Assembly: GCF_009914755.1 (NCBI RefSeq)
Contig: NC_060939.1
DNA: 64,000 bases
Direction: 5' to 3' (one strand)
Origin: the human T2T-CHM13v2.0 reference genome, Homo sapiens
Positions within the stretch are counted from its first letter, which is position 1. Each line of letters opens with the position of its first letter. The translations under genes were made by a program, and so were the position numbers. This document shows positions 25,538 to 41,585 of the stretch, piece after piece. The notes below the pieces were generated by a model. That model ran no database searches, was not told the origin of the DNA, and saw only the letters and a program-made list of their open reading frames with translations.

Positions 25538-27384
25538 CAAAGAGACCAAAAGAGAAGCCAAGAGAATAGTCAGGATTCCCACCAGATACAATACACAAGA
25601 AAGAAAAGGCAGAAGTTTGGAACATCCACATTTAGGTAGTTGGAGGAAAAGAATGAAGAAATGAAACAGAGATAAGAAAACAACGTTCTCAAATCCCTTG
25701 AGCGAGAGTTAATCTACTCCCTCTTTTCTTGTTACTCCCTGTACTTTGATCACAGCTCTCACTGAAGTCTACCTTGTACCACAGTTGATGGTACACGTCT
25801 CTGTCTCCCTCACTGGACAGAAAATTTCTTTGAGGGCCATAATTTTTCCAATTCCTCTTTCATCCTTGGATTTTAATAGAATTTTAGGCCAAAGAAACCC
25901 TGAAAAATGAATATTTTGCCTGCAGAATGGATCAATCCTAGCATGACATCCTCTATTTTAATAATTCCGAAGTACATAAATTTGGCTCAAAGAGGCAAAA
26001 AAATAAAATAAAATAATAAAAATATAACTTTGTATGGCTGCTTTTTCAAAATGAGTTTTACACTTGAGAAGCAAGACGAGAATGGTTTTGGATTCCCAGG
26101 TAACTAAGGCTCGGAAACAGCCCTTCCTAGGTGGAGGTCCTTACATCGTACATGCGGTGTTGTTGTTGTAGCCCTGCCCACAGAACTGTTCCTGCTGCTC
26201 CCTTCAACCACGGGGATCACAGGTTGCTCCTGGCCTCAGGTCCTTAAGATATACTTCCTAGTCTTCTCCCACTTCTGCTACTTGTTAAATCCAAGTGTTT
26301 TCCCTGAAACACATCATGTATTCTTTGCTTGACTTTATTTGTTGTCATCCTTGAAGCTCTTCCTGTGCCTTACCACCATCCCCACATGCATCACCCACCC
26401 CACACACACCCCTGGGGCTCCTCACACTTTGGGAACACTATGCTGGATGTTTTTCCTCCTCAAAGGTGACAGCTCAGTGGGGCTTAAAAATCATGCAGAG
26501 GCTCAACAAGCTTCCCTCACACACACTGGTCCCACTAATAGAGGTAGACACCAGAGACACCTTCACACACCACAAGGTCAGAATTCAATAGGGGAGACAG
26601 AAGAAAAACCTTAGTCCGTGCACAGTTCTGCATATGCCTCTGGCATTGCTCTGTTTTCAAATCACCAAAGACTCATTAATAGCGTCCACTGACAGTGCAA
26701 TGTGCAAGAGCCAACCTGCTCTGATTTTAATCCTGTGTGCACTTGCTTCACATTCTGTGTTAGTGGGCACAGAGCTCTCTAGATGTCATAAGATTGTTCT
26801 GCAGAGTCATGGTTTGTTGAGTGTTTTTCTCCAGGCTTCGCTACCTTTCCAATGTGATCTTGCATTCCAAAACTACAAAGCTAACCTTTGGAAAACTCAC
26901 CCAACCCCACATACTGCATTTATTTGCTCAAAAACATCTTCCGTCTTTTCATTTGGTGCTGGCTCTGAAACAGCAGTGCCCTCTGGAGGCAGTCTGATGT
27001 GGTGATTAGGGGCATGGGCCCTCAGGCTATTTCTTAGCTGTGTGATCATAGGAAAGCTACTGCAATCTCTGTGCTTCCATTTGTTTTCTCATCCGTAAAA
27101 TGGAGCTGGTCATGAAAACTGTATTAGATAATGCAACATATCTGTTCACAACAATTGTATTTATTAGGATACCTTTCTATTTTTTTAAAAAGAAATCTCA
27201 GGCACTATTTCTTGAACCAGGTAGCAGGGAAAGGGGTATAGTTTCTCCAATATTTCAAGTATTTTTTGACCAGAGCTTTTACAATCTTACCTTAGAACTG
27301 GCTCTTACATGTTCTCTCAGCAAAGGGGTTCAGCAGAGCCAAAAAAAGAGGAAGAAAACCAGGGGAGAATGAGGTTATAGAATG

Positions 27385-27602
27385 CAGATTAGCACATTTT
27401 TCCTACAAAAGACCAGAGAGTAAATAATTTAGGCTTTGCAGGCCTTAGGGTCTCTGTTAGAACATAACTCTGCTGTGTAGTATGAAAGCAGCCAAAGACA
27501 AATGTAAATGAATGAGTGTGGCTGTGTCCTGATAACATGTTATTTACAAAAACAGGTGGAGGGCCAGATTTGGCCTGTGGGGCTGCAATGTGATAACCCC
27601 CA
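27385..27602 (+). mobile_element. MER58A
   Basis: ccagagagtaaataatttaggctttgcaggcc...atttacaaaaacaggtggagggccagatttggcc. Confidence 0.85.
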
Positions 27603-28529
27603 TCATAGAACATAAGGAAAGAGAGTTTCAGGGAGAGAGAAGTAGACGCAGTGTCAAATGTGGCAGAATGGACAAGTAAGGTAAGGACACAAAAATATCT
27701 ACTAGATTTGGCAACTAGGGAATCACCGGGGCAAGGATAATGTAAGTGGAGAGATGGGGACAGATGCTGAGCTGCAGAATCTTCGTTGACCAGGAAAAAA
27801 GCCTAGGTAGTAGGCCTCGAAAAAAAATGAAGAAGTAAGATTCTATAAATGCCTCTACTTCCTGAGACAGAAGTATTAGGCTCTGAGGATTCAGTTCACC
27901 GTACAAAACATTCTTATTAATTCTGGCAGCGAGGTAGCCTGGGCCCCTGACACCTCCTAAGATGTCCTGAACTCAGACTCCCTGTCCTGAGCTTTTCAGA
28001 ATATAATCAGTTCAGCTAGTGGACTGTCTTTACTGTAATACTGAAAAGAAGGCTGAAAATAAGTGTTAGAGCCCAAGAGGTATGTGGGCACCTTCCTATC
28101 TGCACACCTTTGCTCCTGCGACATTGTTTTTCATTCCTGTAAGGGTTTTCTACTCTTTTTGTTAACTTATTTATCATAACAATCATAATATCACAAATCT
28201 TAAACTTCCATTGAGTCCTCCCAGTCCATGCAGTTTGGTGTGACCAGCTCTTATCCTATACTGTAAGAATGCCTGTGGTCCATTAAGTAGTAGGAATCCT
28301 TCTCCCTTCCTTCTAGGAACAGAGCTTTTGTCTTTCCCCAGAGAATTTGAGCTCAGTTCTGTTTACCGTGAAAAAAAGAATGACAGTGAAGGATATAAGG
28401 GATATAATGAGTAGTCCCCTTGCTGTATTTATTTTAGCTTCCTGACTATATCCAAGGAGTGACTTGTTCAGATTATCCTGTGAGATACCTAACTCTTAAC
28501 CAAAGTCCTGCTTCTAGAAGAGAAGGAGA

Positions 28530-28765
28530 GCACAGAAACTAACATTTGTAAAGCGCCTACGATGTGTCAGCCAAGATGCCATATCCTGGAAAGAGAAGGA
28601 TGAATAAAACCAGCTGGTCAGTACATCTACCTAGGGAGGCAGGAGGGTGGGAACTATTATCCCCATTTCACAAAAGAATAAACTGATGCTCAGAGAGGTC
28701 AAATTACTCCCTAAAGTCATTCAACTCATAAGAGACTCAGCTCATAAGAGGTGAAGCTGAGGGCT
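28530..28765 (-). mobile_element. MIR
   Basis: actattatccccatttcacaaaagaataaactgatgctcagagaggtcaaattact. Confidence 0.65.
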
Positions 28766-31700
28766 TGCTGTTCCAGATGGATAATATACATGGTTCCTAT
28801 TACCAAAAGATACAAATGAGATTAAGTAAAGGTATGGAGGAAACACAACAAGGCCAAGCATCTTAGAGGTAGTACAGGAGAGGGGTTAAGTGTGTAGGAT
28901 TCTAGACAGGCTGCCTGGGTCTGAATCCAGCACTACCACTTATTAGCTATGAAACATCATCAAAATTACCTTCACCTAAAATCTAGAATGGATAAGCATA
29001 TTATGATGTAAAGAGTCTCTAAGCTATTAATACCAAATGTCAACTTAATCAACTGCTGCATGCCTACTCCTCAGGCCACGTGGCTGATTACAGAGAGACA
29101 CAGGTACTTCCATCAAACATGCTTCTAAAACATGAAGAAGCTGAAATCCTAAAATAAAATACAGAACCAATAATTCATGATAGCTCTTGAGGCAGAACTG
29201 TCAAAAATCAATACCATATGTTTTGAACTCATTATGATTGCCTTAGAAAGAACAGACTGAAGCACAACCTCCTTGAATCACTCTTCATATAAAACAGTAC
29301 AGCACATACAAGGCAATAAACAAAACCATTTACATGACTGCAGTAATAAAATATATTCAACTTCTGATTATATACAAAAATTGGGTTTTTAAAAAACATG
29401 GTTCCCTGCAAATCTATAACATACTTAAGGAGGAGTTAACTGAGCCACCTATTATTATAGACTGTTAATTTTTAAAAATTACATTGTAAACATACCTTCA
29501 CTCTTTCTGCTATGAATGGTCACAACCTATTTTGGCCATCTGGGAATATTCACACTGAATCAAACACACCGTAGTGAGAATCATCTATTAAAGACATGAC
29601 CACCATAATTGATCACTTCTGCATTCTTACTATAAAATTCTTTCTTTTAACACAGATACTAACATTTGCACCAGAATACAGCGACCATATTTGTCACAAA
29701 AGCATTAGAAATAAGTACCAACACCATGTAAGGTGGCCCTTCTCCTAGTATCCCTGGATGACACGGGTCATTCTGCTAATCAGTTACTGAGGTATTCAGA
29801 ATATAAGACAATCTGTGTGCATCTTATATTTAAAACCCAAGTGTATTATGGGTTCAAGGCTTTCACTCAATCTTATGAACACTATGTGTTTAAATGAAGG
29901 AAGCAGGAGGTGACAGGAATTTAGACTCTTCTAAGTAAAGCTGAAAAAGCTAATAAGAAATGTGGATAATATTTAGTGACTTGGCTGCTGAAGATCTCAC
30001 AGCAGCACTTTCCTCCTACCTAATCCAAAGAGCCTAGAAAAATATCAAGGACAAGAGGCCAGGAGTCAAGATAAAATGGGTTATAGAAACCAATCCTTCT
30101 ACCCATAATACAGGTTCACCCCTATAAGGATATCTCAGGAAGGATACGAAAGAAGAGTGGCTACCTCTGAAACAAAGTATTAAAGAACAGGAGACTTGGA
30201 TGAGAAGACTATTTTACACTTTCATAGTACTCTTCTATATGGTTTACATTTTTATCATGTGCATATGGAACCAAATTTTAAAAAATATCATCCTTATATT
30301 TTTTAAACACAAACATCAAGGACAAGAGCCTTGGAGGCAGTCCTGCACAGCAGTTATCTGTGCAGGCTTTTACAGAGACTGCCCAGGTTTGAATCCCATA
30401 ACAACCATTACTAGCTAAGAAACATTAGTAAAGTTACTGAAATTCTCTTTGAAACCCAATTTCTTCTCCTTCAGATAAAAATAATGCTATTTTAGAGGGA
30501 CTAAATAAAGGAGATAAAACTCTAGTAAGTGTTCAATAAATTCTAGCTGTATTATACTTGGGGATATGAATAATGCCTATCCTCCTTCTGTTGACTCTGA
30601 AAGTTATTTCTTGAGTCATAATACTAACACTACAAGAGCTATCATGCAGATTTCCTATCAGCCCAAACCATGTGCAAGGGTGGGCCTAGCTCTCTACTGC
30701 CACCTCCTGTCAGCTAGAAACATGCAGAGCGGTCCGTAAGAAACTGCTCAAGCCTTAGGCAGAGCAGGAGCCGTGATGGCTCACTGAAATACAGTCTCCG
30801 AAACACGTGTGATAGGAAAGCATTCCTCTGTTAGAAATAGCCTTTCTCTTTAAAAGGCTCCTTTGAGGTGTATCTGTTTACAAACCAAGAAAAATGAAGT
30901 TGCTCTTTTATAATTTCTTTCAGCACATTCAGCTGTGTGCTAGACACTGTGCTAAGCTCTTTGCAAACATGACTTAATTTAATCTTCCCAACAAGATGAT
31001 GTAATTTGCCCAAAGTCATACAGCTAGGAAATGCAGGCCTGGGAATGTGAATGGTAGTGTAGCTCTAGTGAAGTGTGGAAGCTCTTTGTTCTTTCCCTAC
31101 GAAATTAAAGCAGACAGGGAGAGCGCTGCTTATTTGCCTTGGTGGTGGAATCAGTCAAACTGGATGCAGCGTCTGTACCAGTCAGGTCAGGGCCATGGTG
31201 AGGGACAGAAGGCACACTCAAACTAGGGAAACTAGAAAAGATTAATAAAGAGATGGAGATGCTTAGAGAAAGCAAGAGAGATGGTACAGTCCCTGGGGTA
31301 GCTGACTGTACCAACAACTTGGCCTGAAGGTGCAAGGGGAAGGGCTGGGGAGGGCATGGTTATAAGAACCCGCATAGCTGCGATGAGAAGGCTGCCTGAC
31401 TGGAGTGTGGATGTGCACTGGGGGCGAGGGGTAACACCCTGCAGCCTCTGGTCTTCATTGCTGCCTGCTGATGTAGTCCACAGAGGCTGGTCTTCCTTGC
31501 CACTAAGCAAGTAGAAAAGATAGACAGTGGATCTAGAGGTGGCCAACCAAAATCACCTAGCAAAAGACCAAAATATGGTTATTATCAGTGGTTACTCCTG
31601 GCTTGGAGATTTGGGCTTATTTTTAATTTATTCTTTATGTCTTATCTTTATAAGAACAAAGCTATTTTCCTTTAGAAAAAAATATTTTTAACAATATGCA

Positions 31701-31960
31701 GAAAAATTTCCAGTCTTCTTTTTGAAGAGGTACTTCAAACATGCTATTTTCTTAAGTATGTTTTTTATATCTTAAGCCTACTACGTTGTCTAGAAAATAA
31801 CTCTAAAATCATGTCAACAGATAATAGTAATTTGATTTACATTATTTTCTTAGTCAACATCATCATCACCATCACCATAAACAACTACAATTGTATATGA
31901 AAGAAGCAAGCTAGGTTGCTGCAGACTGAAAAGTGGGAATGGTGTCCCAATACTTTACCA

Positions 31961-32162
31961 CTGGGGTTTGCAAACTATAGCCTGCAAGTCAAATCTGGTC
32001 CACTGTATGATTTTGTACATAAAGTTTCAATAGGACACAGCCATGCTCTGTCTTCACACTAAAACAGCAGAATTGAATCACTGCAACAGACACTGTATGG
32101 ACTACAAAGCCCCAGATATTTACTATCTGGCCCTCTGCAGAAAAAGCACCCTGCCAATCCCT
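31961..32162 (-). mobile_element. MER58
   Basis: gcaaactatagcctgcaagtcaaatctgg...atatttactatctggccct. Confidence 0.8.
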
Positions 32163-32521
32163 ACTTTACAGCTTCTGCCATAAGGTTTTTAACAAAAAAA
32201 AATCTATACATCAGCTTATCCTATCTTAGCAGATACTGACAAAAATAAAACTTACTGGAAAAAAATATAATTTAAACTCTCTTTACTGCAGATATGTAAA
32301 AATGCTCTGCAGAAAATAGGATCCACATCAGCAGTAGCTTAATATAAATGGCATTTCTAAATATTATATTTATTTGGCATCTGAGTTGTTGATAATCAGA
32401 TGGACCTAAAAATGAAACAGAGAAGACATTAGAACTTCCTATTATTTTTCACTAACTGTAGGCAACCTCTGCTTGTCTGATTTTACTCATCTGTAAAATG
32501 GGTGGATGGAACTTTTCAATA

Positions 32522-33410
32522 ACTTTTTTATTAACTTTCATTTTAGGTTCAGGGGTACATGTGCAGGTTTGTTATACAAGTAAACTCATGTCACAGGGGT
32601 TTGGTATACAGATTATTTCATCACCCAGGTACTAAGTATAGTACCCAATAGGTACTTTTTCTGATCCTTTCCCTTCTCCCACTCCCCATCCTCAAGGAGG
32701 CCTCAGTGTCTGCTGTTCCCCTCTTTCTTCCATGTGTTCTCATCATTTAGCTCCCACTTATAAGTGAGAACACGCAGTATTTGGTTTTCTGTTCTTCTGT
32801 TGGTTTGCTTAGGATAATACCCTCCAGCTCCAACCATGTTGCCGCAAAGGACATGATCTCACTCTTTTTTATAACTGCATAATATTCTACAGTATATATG
32901 TACCATATTTTCTTTATTCAGTCCACTATTGATGGGCATTTAGGCTGATTCCATGTCTTTGCTATTATGAATAGTCCTGCAATGAACATATGTGAGTATG
33001 TGTCTTTATGGTTGAACGATTTATATTCCTTTGAGTATAGACTCAATACTGGGATTGCTGGGTCGAATGGTAATTCTGTCTTTAGTTCTTTGTGGGATCA
33101 TCACGTTGCTTCCCACAATGGCTGAACTAATTTACACTTCCACCAGCAATGCATAAGCGTTCCCTTTTCTCCACAATCTCACCAGCATTTGTTATTTTTT
33201 GACTTTTTACCAATAGCCATTCTGACTGGTATGAGATGGTAGCTCACTGTGGTTTTGACTTGTATTTCTCTTATGATGAAAAAATTTCAGCATTTTTTCA
33301 TATGCTTCTTGGCCATGTATATGTCTTCTTTCGAAAAGTATCTGCACATGTCTTTGCCTACTTTTTTAATGTGTTTGTTTTCTTCTTGTAAATTTAAGTT
33401 ATTTATAGAT
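32522..33410 (-). mobile_element. L1PA13-16-like 3' end
   Basis: ttttaggttcaggggtacatgtgcaggtttgtta...catcatttagctcccacttataagtgagaac...gggattgctgggtcgaatgg. Confidence 0.9.
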
Positions 33411-33509
33411 TCAATATCTCAGATCTCTTTAGAATCAAAGCTTAGTGACTCTGAGAATTTAAGGACAATACCTTGTTTATCTGTGTGATTCAATCAAGAA
33501 ATAAATTAA

Positions 33510-33815
33510 GTCAGTCACACACACAAAAAAACAAACATTATATGATCCTAATTAAATGAAGTCTTGAAAGCAGTCAAACCCATAGAATCAGAAAGTAGAA
33601 TGGTGGTTACCAGAGGCTGAAGAAAGGGGGGAAAGAAGAACTGTTTAATGGGTATAGATTTTCAGATATGCAATATGAAAAATTCTGGAGATCTGTTGCA
33701 CAGCAATGTGAATATACTTAACACTCCTGAACTGTACCTTTAAAATGGTTAAGATGGTAAATTTTGTTATGTGTTTCCTTACCACAACAAAAAAAGAAAG
33801 AAAGAAAGAAAGAAA
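33510..33815 (+). mobile_element. L1MB 3' UTR fragment
   Basis: gaaagtagaatggtggttaccagaggctg...gaatatacttaacactcctgaactgtac...aaaatggttaagatggtaaatttt. Confidence 0.8.
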
Positions 33816-33988
33816 TTAGGCATTTAGGGAAGAGTCTAGAGGGCAGTCCATCCTATGCTCACATTCATGTGAGGGTGTACTCAAGAAAAAAAAGTCTAGC
33901 TTACTCTTAAAAGCAGTGAAGAACAATTTCTTCAGATACAGAAATACAACGGTGTTTTGGAGCTATTTCTATTTTTCTCAGTTTTTAG

Positions 33989-34310
<322 letters not shown>

Positions 34311-34750
34311 CACTATTCTTAATTAATTATTGCACAGTATGATTTCCAAGCCTTAAGAGTTTAGTAAAATGGAAACTTCTTCCTGTCTTTCACCATTTTT
34401 TTACTGAACTGTTAAATGAGCACTTGAAAGTCCTGCAACCTCTCTGGTTCAGTATATTTAACTAAAATAAAATTACACAGTACATTATATTTCTTCAGCT
34501 TGCTCTCTTCTTGCATGCCTAAGAGGACTCATAGCCCAGCTAATATGAGCCTTGTGCCATCTAGAACAAATTCTATTACAGCAAGTCTATGATAAAGTAA
34601 CCTATTACTTTGAAATAATAGTACATGGATTTTATATAATGTGCTTTTCCAGTTAGTTCCAAGTGCCTTTTCACTGCAACTAGCCTTGTTATCTGCTTCA
34701 ATAAGTCCTCTTCTGGTGGGGGAGAAACTTGCTCTTAAAACCCAAAATCT

Positions 34751-35072
<322 letters not shown>

Positions 35073-36551
35073 CTAAAACAGCTTTACAGGAAAAGAGCAG
35101 AAAAAAGTTTCAATCAAAATTTAATGGATTCAAATCAATAGTCATTACTAATGACTCACTTTATGGAAGGCCCTGCCCAAGGAACTACAGATAACACAGA
35201 GATAAGTTACTATTCATGCCCTCTAGGACCTAACAACCTGGTCAGCTAAAAATGCATCTAATCAGTTGTCTGTAAAGAGATTATTAAATAATAGTAATAA
35301 GGGGTAGAATAATGTAAGTTCCAAGGTAATAGGTACAAAGGAAGGAAGTTGTATTCCCTTGAGAAGGGAGTTAAACACAGGAAAACCTCACTAGGGAGGT
35401 GGCCTATTGTATCAACCACGAAAGGATGAGTCTTTCAGAAAGGAAAAGTCTTTTGGAAACAAGAACACCTGGGTTTTAGCCCTCCTCTGTTTGTGTGACT
35501 TCGGACAAGTCATTTCCCACCTAGGCCTGTTCTCTTATCTACAAAATGAAAAACTGACTTAGATGATCTTCAAATCCCTTCCAATTCAGATAATCCCCTA
35601 TGTGCCAATTAAATAACTAAAGGATACAGAAATTGGGAGACTGAAGACAAATCTGTCTCTGTGGACTAACAATAAATTTGTAAAACGCTGACATCTGCTG
35701 GAAATTAAGAAAACTATTCAATCCATCTCATAAATAGCCTTTAAAAACCTAGTCTTGAATACTTTGTTTTGAAAACATGTTATCAAAGATGCAAGTTTCT
35801 TATGAAATTATATCTTCTAATATTTTATTTTATCAAACTTAAGAAAATTGTGAAGAAAATAACTTTAAAATTACTTCAGAAACGTCTGTTTCCATTTGGA
35901 AATTTGGGCCTATGCTCCTACGCTTTCCTATATGACAAAAATAACCAGCTTAACAACACAATGGACAAATTTCTATTTGTAAGAACAACAAATATAAACT
36001 GATCCGGAATACACTTAACAATATACTTAACAGGACCAGTGCAGTAACAACATGACTAGAAGCAAAAGCATTTACAAAGGAACACAGCAAAGTCCTGGAA
36101 TAAATGGGGAGGCACACCATATTCCTGAAGAAGACTGAATATTGCACAGAAATCCATTTCCCCCAAATTAATCTACAAATTCAACACAATTCCAATCAAG
36201 CTCTCAAGGGGATTTTGGAAAAGAAACTAACAAAATTCTTTTACAGTTAATCTTAAAAAATAAATTTAGAATAGTCAGCTAAATTTTTCAAAGTAGAATA
36301 ATGGGGCAGGACTCATCCCACCAGGTATTAAAATCCATTGAACAGCCATTATACATCTATATTCATCAAAATACTATGGCACTAGTGCCAAAATAGGCAG
36401 ATTCCACAGATAGTTTGGAAAAGACAAAAACATCCAGATACACACCCAAACATATATAAGAATTTTGTTCATGAAAAGGTAGGGAAAGGGTAGATTACTC
36501 ATTAAATGTGTTCGGACACCTGGCTAACATTTCTTTATAAAACATATTCTC

Positions 36552-36887
<336 letters not shown>

Positions 36888-37124
36888 TCAAATAAAAATT
36901 CAAAAAGGATTAAGACTTTAATATTTAAAAACACAAAATACTAAGATAAAATGATGATGATTTATATAAACTCAAGTGAAGTAAGAACTCCTAAAAATAA
37001 AGCCAAAGGCAAAAATCCTAAAAGAAAACATTAATAAACTTTACTAATAACATTTTAAAACATCTGTATCCTCGCCCTCAAAATACAAAAAGTTAAGAAA
37101 AAGGTTTAAAAATGAATACAAATT

Positions 37125-37428
<304 letters not shown>

Positions 37429-38074
37429 TTATTTGCAGCATACATGACAGACTAATGGTTAATCTTTTAATATATAAAGAATTGTTACCAACCTGGAAAA
37501 AAATAAATGAATACCAAGAGAAAGATAAATTCCCGGAAAGAAATGGGGCAAAGAACAGCACTTTACAAAAGATGAATTAGAAAGGTTAAAAAACATTTTA
37601 GAAAGCTTAGTATATATTTTGAAATTTTCATAAGTAGTGTATTTTAACCATTATAACTTTTCAAAGAAGCAAGGAGAAATTAAAATTTAAGGATTTTTTT
37701 TTGATTAGTACTTCAAAACAAAACCAGAAATACTGATAAGACAAAATTAAGTTACTTCCAAGGTTGAAAATTCACACAGATGCCCACAATGAATTTCTTC
37801 TGAGAATAACTTTTTCAATATATTAATGAGGTTTCCGGTTACAGTGTACTTTCTTGAGAGACTTATTAAAAGGGGTATGTTTCCTTCTGATACAACCTCA
37901 TGGCAAACCACTATTCAAAGTTAAAGACTTAATTACAACTTCCCTTCTGAAGCCTTCTCATGCACTTTAGGCAAAGAGAAATCTCCATCTTGTGTTCCCA
38001 GAGCACTCTGGGCACATCCCAATGGGATCCTTAGCACCAGGACTGAAATCACTAGTTCATGTGGAATAGTCATC

Positions 38075-38310
38075 GTCGTCATCATCATCATCAAGCACTT
38101 ATATGCACTGGCATTGTACTAAAAGCTTTATGTAAATTTCCTATTTAATCTTCAAAACAATCTAGTGAAGCAGATATTATTACCCTCATTTTCAAATGAT
38201 CAGAGGCTTAGGTGAAGGGGTTTACTCATGTCCACTCAGCTAGTATGCAGCAGTCAGTAACTAGACTCAACTCCACCTAAGACCAAAACCTTGATCCTAA
38301 CCACTCCTTA
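38075..38310 (-). mobile_element. MIR
   Basis: atttaatcttcaaaacaatctagtgaagcagatattattaccctcattttcaaatg. Confidence 0.7.
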
Positions 38311-38499
38311 TCCATCGTCCCCCTCCATACACCTGTCTTCCCCAACAAAATGTGAACTCCTATGGCCAGACACCACTGCCCCTTATTTATCTTTTTGTTT
38401 CCAGGGCATCACATGGAGGCTACCACACAACTGGTAGTCATTAATGCACGTTCATTTGTTATTTCGGCCATTCACTCACTCAGGGAGAGGTCAACATAC

Positions 38500-39030
38500 T
38501 CTCATGTGTTGGTGATGAGTACGTAAAGTGGCATAACCTTTTTTAGTAAGCAATACAGAAACACCTATAAAAATTTAGAATTCATAGCCATTTCATGGAT
38601 AGATGTTGATCCCATGGACTTACTTGCATAACTATGCAGAAAAATATCTATCAGGATGTTCTTTTTTATTTTTATTTGTAATACCTAAAAAACAGAAGCA
38701 ACCCAAATAGCTATCAACAGAAGACTGGTTAAATAACTTAGAGCACATCAATGCTATGTAACCACTTAAAACACTATGCTAAATCTATATGTGTTGCTAT
38801 GAAAAGAGTTCTATGGTTTATCAACAAGTGAAAAAGTAGGATGCAAAACAAAATGTGAACTCCGATCCTATCTGTATAAATTTTTTAAAAGGATACAAAT
38901 ATATATATCTAGAAGGATACACAAGTATGTTAACAGTGGTCACATCTGGGGAACAGGCTGGGAAGAAGAGGGGTGGGACTTTTTCTTTCATACCCTTCTA
39001 AACCATTTAAATTATTTACCATGTGATTAG
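38500..39030 (+). mobile_element. L1ME 3' fragment
   Basis: gaagcaacccaaatagctatcaacagaagactggttaaataa...ttaacagtggtcacatctgggg. Confidence 0.6.
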
Positions 39031-39899
39031 TTAGATGGCATGTAATTACTTTTATGAATGAATGAATTGTTGCTCTACTGTTTGGCTTTTTTTTTTCCTT
39101 TTTGTTGTTTCTAACACCAACATAGACTAAGATGAAGTACAGTTAACTTGGGTTGGCCAAGACGGCTAACTGAATCAATCCTCTCATATCCCTGTTTTTC
39201 ATTCAAAGACTATGTCCTTATCTCAAATATTTGGCAGCTTGCACGTAAATATGCCTCCTTCCCACCCCCAAAAAACTAACTAACACACCCTATAAGTAAC
39301 ATCAACCTTTCCCTCAAATTTTATTTGTTAAACCTTCAAAGGGTACATGAGAGAGGCAAGTCTTACCTGGGGTCAGCCAATTAAATCTGCTTTTTATCTA
39401 CGGTTTATCACTAACTGAACATACAGCTCAAAGTACAAAGTTAATTACTACTTTTGCAAGGAGAAACTGAAAATGCTGATGGGTGAGCAGCAGGACAATT
39501 CTTGTATTTCTAATGTCTTACTCTCATTGATCATATCAGCCCTCACAGAAGACTATCTTGCCTAAAGTTACCATTCCTCATTCCAGCATCCCTTTATCAT
39601 TTTATCCTGTCCTTTCTACAGCAAAAAGAGGTATTAAAAAAACTATCTTTACCTGTAGTCTCTTAATTCTAGCAAATTAATATCCATTTCTATATATATG
39701 AAGATTCTGCTGTTTTCTCCTTTTAGCTAACCCCTTCCAAATTTATATTTATAGTTTCTCTCTACTTTTATAAATTATACTAGGCTACAAAATAGTTTCA
39801 AAAACATTTCACCTAGAAAACCTCATCTAGAAAGGCAAATTGATCTTGGTCCATCTACATTTGCCATGGCCTCATCACCTAGCCACTAAGATCCCTGTT

Positions 39900-40470
39900 T
39901 GTAATATCAGGGCACACCCCAAGACCATACTCTGGCAAGTCCTGAATCAATATCTCCTATGTCCTGACCTCCAGAGCTATATATCCAACTAGCCATCTAC
40001 CAGCATTTCTGGGAGGTCCTGGAGCCACCTCAAACGGGATTCACTATGTGTCCCCCAACCCCCTACATCTCCTCTCTCTTCTGCATTCTTTGCCTAGGTT
40101 AAGAGCATGACATGCAGATGGCAAAGCCAGACTGTCCCTCAACAGCCTCAAGTGGCCTGGAGACTCTACATGCTGCATATGTCAGAACTTGTTCTATCCT
40201 CTCCATTTCTAAAAGTGGTCATCATTTCTCATCCATTCGAATCCATCAGATTCCCAAGGGATGGTCCACTCCCAGTTTCTTTGGCTGTCCCTTGGGACAG
40301 CCTGTCCTCCTTATTTCTGGCAGAACAACCTTTCCCAAACATAGAACTAGTCATGTTACTCCTATGATTAAAGTCTTTCAATAACTAACTCCCAGCACCT
40401 ACAAAATAAAGTTCAAATCCCAGATGTGTGACATACAATACCCTTCACAACGTGGGCCTCCAGCCTCAGC
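39900..40470 (+). mobile_element. L2 fragment
   Basis: ctgacctccagagctatatatccaact...cacctcaaac...tcatgttactcctatgattaaagtctttcaataact...aaataaagttcaaatcc. Confidence 0.6.
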
Positions 40471-40515
40471 TCAGGCCATGACACCAACTGAAATCACAAC
40501 CTGCCTTGAGCTGAA

Positions 40516-40952
40516 TGCAGCAGAGGCTGCTGGTTGCCCATCTGGACATCATTCTCTCTTTCTCCTTAGTAGCAGAAAACTTTACTCAGGAGGCCATGAA
40601 TCCCACCGCAACACCACATTTCTCACCTTCCCTGGTAGTTATGTATGACCTTGTGCCTAAGTTCTGACAAATGGGACTTTCAAGGTGAAGGATGCTCTTT
40701 TTCTCCCAACACCCTCTCTTTCCTCCTGCTGACTACAATTCAGAGTTGATAGCCGAAGCTTGAGATACCAGGCAGGACCATATGGCATATGCGGCAGGAT
40801 CTGTCCCTAATGACTGTGGGGCCTGTACAACAGCCACAGACTATAAATACAACTCCCAGACTTCTTTTCCAAGCATCTCACTGATATTTTGAAGTTTTCA
40901 CTGATACTTTGGAGTTTTCTGCTACATGCAGCCGAATCTGATTCTAACTGAT
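40516..40952 (+). mobile_element. MLT1J-like MaLR LTR
   Basis: tgcagcagaggctgctggttgccc...ctccttagtagcagaa...ctaagttctgacaaatg...acatgcagccgaa...taactgata. Confidence 0.7.
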
Positions 40953-41278
40953 AACCTGAGCATGCCCTCCTTTTACTCGCCTCCACAGCACATGACGGCA
41001 GTAAGGAAAGGCACCGTGTGCCATCCCACAAACAGCATGCCTTCGGGGAAAGCAGACCTGGCAGGAAGACCTGGCTCTGCCTTTTGACTGTGGCATGCCC
41101 ATAAATAATGCTCTGAGACTTACTTTCTGCAACTGTGAAAATGAGATAATAACATAGTCATGATGAGTAATAAGCTTACATATGTAAGAGCACTTAGCAT
41201 AAGGCTTAGCACTTAGTAGACAAAGGGTAGCTACTAATAATTTACCCATGTCACTGTCTCTGTACAAAAAGTCCTTGG

Positions 41279-41585
41279 GGCCAGGTACGGTGGCTCACAC
41301 CTGTAATCCCAGCACTCTGGGAGGCTGAGGTGGGCGAAATACCAGAGGTCAGGAATTTGAGACCAGCCTGGCCAACATGGTGAAACCCCATATCTACTAA
41401 AAATACAAAAATTAGCCAAGTGTGGTGGTACGCGCCCATAGTCCCAGCTACTCAGGAGGCTGAGGCAGGAGAATCGCTTGAACCCGGGAGGTGGAGGGTG
41501 CATTAAGCCTAGATTGCGCCACTGCACTCCAGCTTGGGCAACAAAGTGAGACTCCATCTCAACAAAAAAAAAAAAAAAAAAAAAA
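41279..41585 (+). mobile_element. Alu (S family)
   Basis: Full-length, TSD aaaaagtccttg. Confidence 0.95.

Noticed and set aside
26145-26303. Possible 159-nt cryptic exon (tgtgtttcag| ... GAT|gtaagg, minus strand)
   Set aside because: Weak pyrimidine tract and donor context, an early stop, and no other support.
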